Positions 1 to 5,813 of a stretch of DNA of 10,787 bases are shown piece by piece (positions within the stretch are counted from its first letter, which is position 1; every line of letters begins with the position of its first letter). The stretch lies in the NCBI GenBank assembly GCA_038217285.1, contig JBBQPO010000213.1, positions 1 to 10,787 of the forward strand, read 5' to 3'. The translations under genes and the position numbers were made by a program. A model generated the notes under the pieces. It did no database searches. It was not told the DNA's origin and was given only the letters and a program-made list of their open reading frames with translations. This DNA comes from Chthonomonadales bacterium. GTDB taxonomy: Bacteria > Armatimonadota > Chthonomonadetes > Chthonomonadales > Chthonomonadaceae.

Positions 1-96
1 GGCGTTGGCTTGCTCGGCCAAAACGCCCTGCTGTTGAACCACGAGGGTGGCGAGTTCGTCATAAGTTGGAGTAGCAGACTTGCTCATAGGCATCAT
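1..96 (-). CDS. 5' end of an ORF running off the left edge; resembles the coiled-coil N-terminus of IS66-family (ISBst12-type) transposases
   Basis: Reverse complement reads MMPMSKSATPTYDELATLVVQQQGVLAEQANA with no stop to the window edge, with in-frame ATGs at 96, 93 and 87. The PTYDELxxLV..QQ heptad pattern recalls IS66 transposase N-termini. Only 32 codons are visible. Confidence 0.4.
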   Translation of the reverse strand, partial: MMPMSKSATPTYDELATLVVQQQGVLAEQANA

Positions 97-140
97 TACG
101 AACCAACGGCCATAAAATACTCATCAGTCTGAACTGTATC
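1..140 (-). mobile_element. Possible left end of an IS66-like insertion sequence
   Basis: Minus strand 140..129 reads GATACAGTTCAG, 9/12 identical to GTAACTGTTCAG, which I recall as an ISBst12-type terminus. It lies about 33 nt upstream of the transposase-like ORF. The canonical GTAA start is missing and the other end is outside the window. Confidence 0.25.
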
Positions 141-146
141 CATTGT

Positions 147-176
147 TTGACAGCCCCGGAAACCCTGTGCTACACT
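147..176 (+). promoter_or_regulatory. Sigma70-type promoter
   Basis: Perfect -35 TTGACA (147-152), 18-nt spacer, extended -10 TG-C-TACACT (168-176), upstream of the 246..596 ORF. Confidence 0.7.
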
Positions 177-245
177 ACGCGCAGGCGCACAAAATGTTGC
201 CGGGGACCGGTGCGAGGAGCGATCTCCCGCATGGAGAGGACGACG

Positions 246-596
246 ATGGCGTCATTTGAACTGATATTCGAGGCCGATGAGGATGTGTTGGAGGTGACTT
301 TCGAGGCGTTCGACGAAAGCTTTTCCCGTACGATTGCCCTCAACGACAATATTATGCTCTACACCGACCTTATGTTCCAGAGCGTCTGGGGCCTGACGTT
401 CTACAGCTACTCCCAACTGCTGCAGGTAAGCGAGACCCATCTCGACGGACTCAGCCCCCTGGAGGAGGCCGACCGCCACCGCCTGCTGGCTCTGCTCGCC
501 TCGCCTCCCGCCTCGCGCTTCCTCAACGTCTTCCACCCTGGCGAACTCCGCGCCCTCGTCCTCTCTCCCTCCCTCAAGGAGCTGATGCAGTTCTGA
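246..596 (+). CDS. Hypothetical protein, 116 aa, with a DUF2283-like N-terminal half
   Basis: SD GGAGAGGA (233-240) sits 5 nt before ATG 246, so the TTG-147 start in the track is really the -35 box. FELIFEADEDVLEVTF...IALNDNIMLYTD...VWGLTFYSYSQLL parallels the DUF2283 pattern (YDxEADxLYIxL...IxLDxD...IVGIEI). Confidence 0.75.
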   Translation: MASFELIFEADEDVLEVTFEAFDESFSRTIALNDNIMLYTDLMFQSVWGLTFYSYSQLLQVSETHLDGLSPLEEADRHRLLALLASPPASRFLNVFHPGELRALVLSPSLKELMQF

Positions 597-625
597 GGAA
601 CCTTCCTGCCTTGCCACAGACATGC

Positions 626-658
626 CTGTGCGACCTCGCCGAGCGCGGGGTCGCACAG
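626..658. terminator. Strong hairpin between convergent genes; probable bidirectional terminator or REP-like element
   Basis: CTGTGCGACCTCGC-cgagc-GCGGGGTCGCACAG forms a 14-bp stem with one G.U pair and a 5-nt loop. No clear U-tract on either strand. Confidence 0.55.
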
Positions 659-683
659 AGTCTCTCCCTCTCCCATGTCGTTT

Positions 684-3188
684 TCAGAGCGCGCGGAGTT
701 TGTTGACTTCGTTCTGGATATTGACGAGTTTGGCGTACTCGCCGTCCAGTTCCATCAGCTCATCGTGGGTGCCGCATTCGACCATCTTGCCCTCTTTCAT
801 CACCACCAGACGACTTGCGTTGCGCAGGGTGCTGAGGCGGTGGGCGATGGCGAAGGTCGTCCTGTTTTTGATGAGGTTGGAGATGGCCTCCTGAATCTGC
901 TTCTCCGTCTCGGTGTCCACGCTGGCCGTCGCCTCATCGAGGATGAGGATCTTCGGGTCGTGCAGAATGGCGCGCGCGATCGAGATACGCTGACGTTCGC
1001 CGCCCGAGAGCCGCTGTCCGCGCTCCCCGACCTGGGTGTCGTAGCCGTCCGGGAACTTCAGCAGGAAGTTGTGGCAGTTCGCCGCCTTCGCCGCCCGGAG
1101 GATCTCCTCGGTGGAGGCCTCGGGCTTGGCGTAAGCGATATTGTCCCGAATGGTGCCGGGGAAGAGAAACGGCTCCTGCAGGACGATGCCGAACTGGCGG
1201 CGGAAGTCGCTGGTCTTGATATCGCGGATGTCGATACCGTCCACCATAATGTCGCCTTCGGTGACGTCGTAGAAGCGGGAGAGCAGGTTGATGATGGTGG
1301 ACTTGCCCGCGCCGCTATGCCCGACCAGGCCGATCATCTCGCCCGGCTCCACTTTCAGGGTGAAGTCGTCTAAAACGCGCTTGGCCTTGTCGTAAGTAAA
1401 GGAGACATTCTCGAACGCGACCGCGCCTTTTATCTCCGGCAGGGCAACTGGGTCTTTCTTCTCCGCCACATCCGGCTCGGTGTCCAGCACTTCAAAGACC
1501 CGCTCCGCTGCGGTCATGGAGCGCGTCGACCAGTCGAGCACACGGCTGAAGTTCTGGAACGGCGCATAGAACTGGCCGAGATAGGCGAGGAAGGCGGTCA
1601 TGGCGCCAACCGTCATCACGTGCCCTGCGACGGGAACACCATTTAAGATCTGATGTCCTCCGAATACCCAGATCGTCCAGGTTCCCAATGCCATAAGCAG
1701 GCCGATGACCGGGAAATAGACGGCCCACATCGCGTTGGCGGCATAGCTCGCCTCGAACACCTGCTCGTTGCGCTGGCGGAACTTGCCGTTCTCCCGGTCC
1801 TCCTGCGCGAACGCCTTGATGACCCGCATCCCGTTCAGCGCACTGTTCAGCGAAGAGTACATGCGGCTGATACGCGTCCAGACATGCCGCCATTTCTTGT
1901 GCGCACGTGGGAAGAACCAGCTCGTCAGGCCGTAGATGAATGGCACAGGAATCAGGAGCAAGAGCGCCAACTGCCAGTTCATGTTGAACAACACGGCACC
2001 GATGAAGATCAGCGTAAAGATGTTGTTGACGAACCACGGAATACCGTCGCTCAGGAAGTCCCAGAGTTGGTCGGAGTCGTTGGTAATACGGGCCATAACG
2101 GAGCCGGTGCTGCGCTTGTCGTAGTAGGCCATCGAGAGAAAGTTGAATTTGTCGTACAGTCGGATGCGGACATCCATCAGCACACGTGCGCCGAGGAAGG
2201 AGTTCAAGCGCCGTTGGACATACTGACAGCTTGCCGCCATCAGTCGGAAAACGATCACCACCCCGACCCAACCCAGCAGCGTGCGAAACGCGGCGTCGGG
2301 AGCGGTCTTCCCGCTGTTGATCAGGGTATCGATGATATGGCCGCCGAAGATGGGCGGCCCCAACTCGATCAGACTCGCCAGCAGAATAATCACAACGCTG
2401 CCGATCGCCTGCGATTTATAAGGCGCAAGGAACTGGAATAGCCGCAGCATGACCGCGCGTTTGTTGACGCAGGCAGGGCAGACCTCCGTGTCGTCCGGCA
2501 AGCGCCGCTGACACTTCGGGCAGATCTTCTTTTCGTCCAGCTTCTCTTTTTTGGCCAGCTCTCCTTTGGAGAGCGCGTTGATCTGTCGCGCGAGAGAGTT
2601 GGCCTCCCCGACGACCGCCTGAGAGAAGCGCACCAGAGGAATGGTTTCGGTATCGGTGCGAACCTCCAGTAGGCCGTTGCCTACAAGAACCTCCGCCTTC
2701 GCTTCCTTAATACGGTTCAATGGGACGGCGTGCAGGACTTTCGCCGTGGTGCCGCCGTTCGGTCCGAAGACGAACACCTTCCCGTCTTTGACAACGACCC
2801 ATTCCGGCCCGAATACCCCTTCGGCATTGATGTCGGTTGCAAAGGCGATCAGCTTGGGCGCCTCGTCGTCTGCTGCGACAACTGGCTTCTCGTCGGCTGC
2901 GACAGCAGGAGTCTCGTCCACCTCCACAGTCGGTTTCCCGTCGGTCGCTGCAACCAGCGCCTCGGCTGCGACAGCAGGCTTCTCGGTGATCGGTTCACTG
3001 CCGTTTGCCGTCTCCGGCGCATCAGGCAGGGTCACGACGACCGCACGAGCCGTTTCGGGCAGGGGGTCCGCAGGAGAGAGAGGCGCCTCGGGGGAAGGAG
3101 TGAGGAGATCGGAAGTTGCGGGCTCCCGTTCGCGCAGTTCGCGCAGTGTGTTCTCAACAAAGTCGGGAAGAACTTCAAGAAGTGCCAT
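684..3188 (-). CDS. ABC exporter, fused permease/ATP-binding subunit (MdlB/MsbA-like), with an approximately 245-aa N-terminal extension including a zinc ribbon
   Basis: Walker A GHSGAGKS, Q-loop VLQE, signature LSGGERQ, Walker B ILILDE, D-loop ATASVD, H-loop IAHRL. A hydrophobic multi-helix TMD precedes the NBD. SD GAAAGG lies upstream of ATG 3188. Confidence 0.95.
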   Translation of the reverse strand: MALLEVLPDFVENTLRELREREPATSDLLTPSPEAPLSPADPLPETARAVVVTLPDAPETANGSEPITEKPAVAAEALVAATDGKPTVEVDETPAVAADEKPVVAADDEAPKLIAFATDINAEGVFGPEWVVVKDGKVFVFGPNGGTTAKVLHAVPLNRIKEAKAEVLVGNGLLEVRTDTETIPLVRFSQAVVGEANSLARQINALSKGELAKKEKLDEKKICPKCQRRLPDDTEVCPACVNKRAVMLRLFQFLAPYKSQAIGSVVIILLASLIELGPPIFGGHIIDTLINSGKTAPDAAFRTLLGWVGVVIVFRLMAASCQYVQRRLNSFLGARVLMDVRIRLYDKFNFLSMAYYDKRSTGSVMARITNDSDQLWDFLSDGIPWFVNNIFTLIFIGAVLFNMNWQLALLLLIPVPFIYGLTSWFFPRAHKKWRHVWTRISRMYSSLNSALNGMRVIKAFAQEDRENGKFRQRNEQVFEASYAANAMWAVYFPVIGLLMALGTWTIWVFGGHQILNGVPVAGHVMTVGAMTAFLAYLGQFYAPFQNFSRVLDWSTRSMTAAERVFEVLDTEPDVAEKKDPVALPEIKGAVAFENVSFTYDKAKRVLDDFTLKVEPGEMIGLVGHSGAGKSTIINLLSRFYDVTEGDIMVDGIDIRDIKTSDFRRQFGIVLQEPFLFPGTIRDNIAYAKPEASTEEILRAAKAANCHNFLLKFPDGYDTQVGERGQRLSGGERQRISIARAILHDPKILILDEATASVDTETEKQIQEAISNLIKNRTTFAIAHRLSTLRNASRLVVMKEGKMVECGTHDELMELDGEYAKLVNIQNEVNKLRAL
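2868..2984 (-). repeat. Degenerate in-frame 24-nt (8-aa) tandem repeat in the ABC transporter N-terminus
   Basis: Units EKPAVAAE (2961-2984), ALVAATD (7 aa), GKPTVEVD (2916-2939), ETPAVAAD (2892-2915) and EKPVVAAD (2868-2891). The DNA core CTGCGACA recurs three times. Confidence 0.75.
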
Positions 3189-3203
3189 TAGCTGCCTTTC
3201 TTC

Positions 3204-3226
3204 AAAAACCGTCCTGCGAGCGACGG
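3204..3226 (-). terminator. Terminator-like hairpin plus U5 in the ABC gene leader (candidate attenuator)
   Basis: Minus-strand RNA CCGUC-g-CU-cgc-AG-GACGG-UUUUU ends just upstream of the SD of the ABC gene. Confidence 0.4.
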
Positions 3227-3313
3227 GTAAGGAAGCGTCGGGACGACGTGTTGTACGTCATGGCGTCGGGAGCCGCACACTGATCAGAGTAGCGCCGGTC
3301 CAAACAGGTCACC

Positions 3314-3346
3314 TTATTTACGAATCCGGGTTGCGATACGTTGCAT
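3314..3346 (-). CDS. Putative leaderless leader peptide MQRIATRIRK
   Basis: ATG at 3346 lies 6 nt after a TATACT -10 box, which is the expected +1 position. It is followed by 10 codons and TAA. There is no homology evidence. Confidence 0.25.
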   Translation of the reverse strand: MQRIATRIRK

Positions 3347-3358
3347 CGTACTAGTATA
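3332..3358 (-). promoter_or_regulatory. -10 box of the ABC gene with an overlapping imperfect palindrome (candidate operator)
   Basis: TATACT at 3358..3353 on the minus strand with a poor -35 (TAGAAG). Hyphenated dyad TGCGATAC-gtt-GCATCGTA at 3332-3350 spans the predicted TSS. Confidence 0.5.
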
Positions 3359-3473
3359 CCTTTGTACAGACATCTCTTCTACTGCAGAAAGTTGCATAGA
3401 AAGCGGAAATAAGATTTCTTCTGCCGCATCGCCCACCCGTTTATGGAAGTGATGGGAAGCAAGTGCACGAAGG

Positions 3474-4481
3474 TCAGGCCAGGAAATCATCGACTTCCGC
3501 GCGCGTCGGCAGGGCGGGGATCGCGCCTTTGCGGGTCGTTGTCAACGCGCCGACGGCATTGGCTTGAACAACGATCTGGGTGAGCAGATCGGACGGCATG
3601 GTGACCAGCGCCTTCCTCGTCGTAAGGCCGTGTTCTAAAAGCCCACAAAGCAGCGCCGCAACGAAACCATCGCCTGCTCCGGTCGTATCCACCGCCTGGA
3701 CAGGGAGGCCGGGCGTATCCAGAGACTTGTCGAGGTCCCAACAGACGTGGCTGCCTTTCTCGCCACGCGTGATGGCCAGTAAGGGAATGTGGTAAGAGCG
3801 CCGGAAATCATGGGCGAGCGTATGGCACTCCTCGGTCGAGAGGCTTGCCGCCGGAAACAGATCGTCCTCCGCCATCAAGAAGACCAGCTCTTCCTCATTC
3901 AACTTGACGACATCGGCGTACTGAACCGTGGCCCGAATGGTGGTGCGGGCTTCCGCCAGGGAGGGCCAGAGCGCGGGGCGCAGATTGGGATCGTAGGAGA
4001 GCAGCAGACCGGCGGCGAGGGCGGTATCGACGGCCTCCAGCGTCGTAAGGCGGGCGGGATGGTCGATCAGGGTGATGGAGCCGTAGTGGAAGATACGCCC
4101 CGCTTGAATGCGGGCGCGGTCTAGCTCTTGGGAGGCATAGGTCATATCCGCGCTGGGGTTGCGAAAGAAGCAGAAGTCTCGTTCGCCGTTGGCCGCGAGC
4201 GAGACGAAGGCCAGTCCGGTGCGGTGGTCAGGATCGAAGACCATGCCGCCCGTGTCCACTCCGGCGGCGGCGAAGGTCTGCTCCAGAAAGCGACCGAACG
4301 GATCGTCGCCGACCTTGCCGAGAAAGGCGCTGGAACGGCCCAGCCGGGCGACGCCGACCGCGACATTCGCAGGAGCGCCGCCGGGAGCGCGCAGAAAGCT
4401 GCTCGCCTCTCCGACCCCGACGCCGCTCTCTGCCGCCACAAAATCGATCAGGGCCTCGCCCAGACAGACGATCTCTGCCAT
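3474..4481 (-). CDS. PfkB/ribokinase-family carbohydrate kinase, fructokinase-like
   Basis: N-terminal LGEALIDF, PfkB signature 1 GGAPANVAVGVARLG...GKVGDDPFG, YDPNLR, and signature 2 DTTGAGDGF. SD GAGGT. Start is 7 nt after the pfk stop. Confidence 0.93.
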   Translation of the reverse strand: MAEIVCLGEALIDFVAAESGVGVGEASSFLRAPGGAPANVAVGVARLGRSSAFLGKVGDDPFGRFLEQTFAAAGVDTGGMVFDPDHRTGLAFVSLAANGERDFCFFRNPSADMTYASQELDRARIQAGRIFHYGSITLIDHPARLTTLEAVDTALAAGLLLSYDPNLRPALWPSLAEARTTIRATVQYADVVKLNEEELVFLMAEDDLFPAASLSTEECHTLAHDFRRSYHIPLLAITRGEKGSHVCWDLDKSLDTPGLPVQAVDTTGAGDGFVAALLCGLLEHGLTTRKALVTMPSDLLTQIVVQANAVGALTTTRKGAIPALPTRAEVDDFLA

Positions 4482-4488
4482 AGCACCT

Positions 4489-5520
4489 CTACTTGTTGAA
4501 GAGCGTTTTCGCCGTTTCGTACAGGTCGAGCGGCACGGTGCGGAGGACGCCTACGGCCTTCTCGATATCGACCGCGACGACCTCGGTGCCGCGCACGGCG
4601 ACCATCTTGCCGAAGTCCTTTTCGTAGACGCACTGCGCGGCGCGAATGCCAAGGCGGGAGGCCAGCACACGGTCGAAGGCGCTCGGCGCGCCGCCGCGCT
4701 GAATGTGGCCCGTGACCGCCGAGCGCGTCTCGAAGCCGGTGCGCTTCTCGATCTCCTCTGAGATCGTATCGCCGACGTTGCGATCACTCAAAATAACGTG
4801 CCCGAACGCGTCCAGTTTCGCCTCGGACTCATCGAGGTTCGGCAGTTCCGCGCCTTCCGACGCGACCACGATGCCATAACCCTTGCGGGCATAAGCGACC
4901 TTCAGGTGCGCGCACATGGCCTCGTAGTCGATGGGGACTTCCGGCAGCAGGATCCAGTCCGCGCCCCCGGCGATGCCGGAGTAGAGCGCAACCCAACCGG
5001 CATGGCGGCCCATCACCTCCAGAACGATGACGCGACTGTGGGAGCGGGCCGTATCACGCAGACGGTCGACGGCCTCCACATTGACGCTGACGGCGGAGTC
5101 GAAGCCGAAGGTATAGTCGGTTTCGGAGAGGTCGTTGTCCATCGTTTTCGGAACGCCGACCGTGGGAATGCCGTCCTTCCAGAGCTTGTTGGCGACGCCC
5201 AGCGTGTCCTCGCCTCCGAGCGCGACGATGCAGTCGAAGCCAAACTTCTTGATGTTCTCTTTCACCGCCGCCAACTGCGCGGGATCTTTGTAGGGGTTGG
5301 TACGGGAGGAGCGCAGCATGGTGCCGCCCCAGGAGATGATCTCTTCGACGCGGTCCACCGTGAGCGGCTTCTCCTCGACGATCCCCTGAACCAGGCCCTT
5401 CCAGCCCTCCCGTATGCCCCACACCTCGAAACCGTAGTCCAGGGCACGCATCACAAAGCCGCGAATCGTGGGGTTCAGGCCGGGGCAGTCGCCGCCGCCC
5501 GTTAAAATGCCGATCTTCAT
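4489..5520 (-). CDS. pfkA: 6-phosphofructokinase (PfkA family, group III), probably pyrophosphate-dependent (Pfp-type)
   Basis: Motifs ILTGGGDCPGLN, GGTMLRSSR, GGEDT, PKTMDND, TFGFDSA, EVMGRHAGW, VVASEG and GHIQRGG. SD GGAGAG upstream. Confidence 0.95.
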   Translation of the reverse strand: MKIGILTGGGDCPGLNPTIRGFVMRALDYGFEVWGIREGWKGLVQGIVEEKPLTVDRVEEIISWGGTMLRSSRTNPYKDPAQLAAVKENIKKFGFDCIVALGGEDTLGVANKLWKDGIPTVGVPKTMDNDLSETDYTFGFDSAVSVNVEAVDRLRDTARSHSRVIVLEVMGRHAGWVALYSGIAGGADWILLPEVPIDYEAMCAHLKVAYARKGYGIVVASEGAELPNLDESEAKLDAFGHVILSDRNVGDTISEEIEKRTGFETRSAVTGHIQRGGAPSAFDRVLASRLGIRAAQCVYEKDFGKMVAVRGTEVVAVDIEKAVGVLRTVPLDLYETAKTLFNK

Positions 5521-5813
5521 TGGTCGCTCTCTCCGTCCTCATGCTGCGTTCCGGCCCGACAGAGTCAGGCGCGGAGTGAAGGTAAAATGGCAGTCGCGCT
5601 CCACCCGGTGGGTGTTTGCGAGTCGCGCTGAAGTTTAGTCTACCCCAATCCGCGCACAAACGCGCCCGCGCCCGAATCACTTCTTCCAATCGGCTCGCGG
5701 AGCCGCAGGGACGGAGGAAACGCAGCCACCTTTCGGGAACGTCCCTTCAGCAGGCGCGGCTCTCTCCGCAGAGAGCCCCCGCGAACCCGGAGAAGGGTGC
5801 GACCAGCAAAATC

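Noticed and set aside
675..2441. Plus-strand ORFs 675..1373 and 1653..2441, and others overlapping the ABC gene
   Set aside because: Antisense or alternative-frame shadows of a gene with complete ABC motifs; expected in GC-rich DNA.
2868..2984. Repeats considered as a CRISPR array
   Set aside because: They are in-frame, degenerate and contiguous with no unique spacers, and no cas genes are present.
5616..5813. N-terminal extensions given in the ORF track for ppx (also 147..245, 7120..7461, 7620..7697 and 8913..9332 for other genes)
   Set aside because: Family motifs, SD sequences or promoter elements place the real starts at 5814, 246, 7462, 7698 and 9333.
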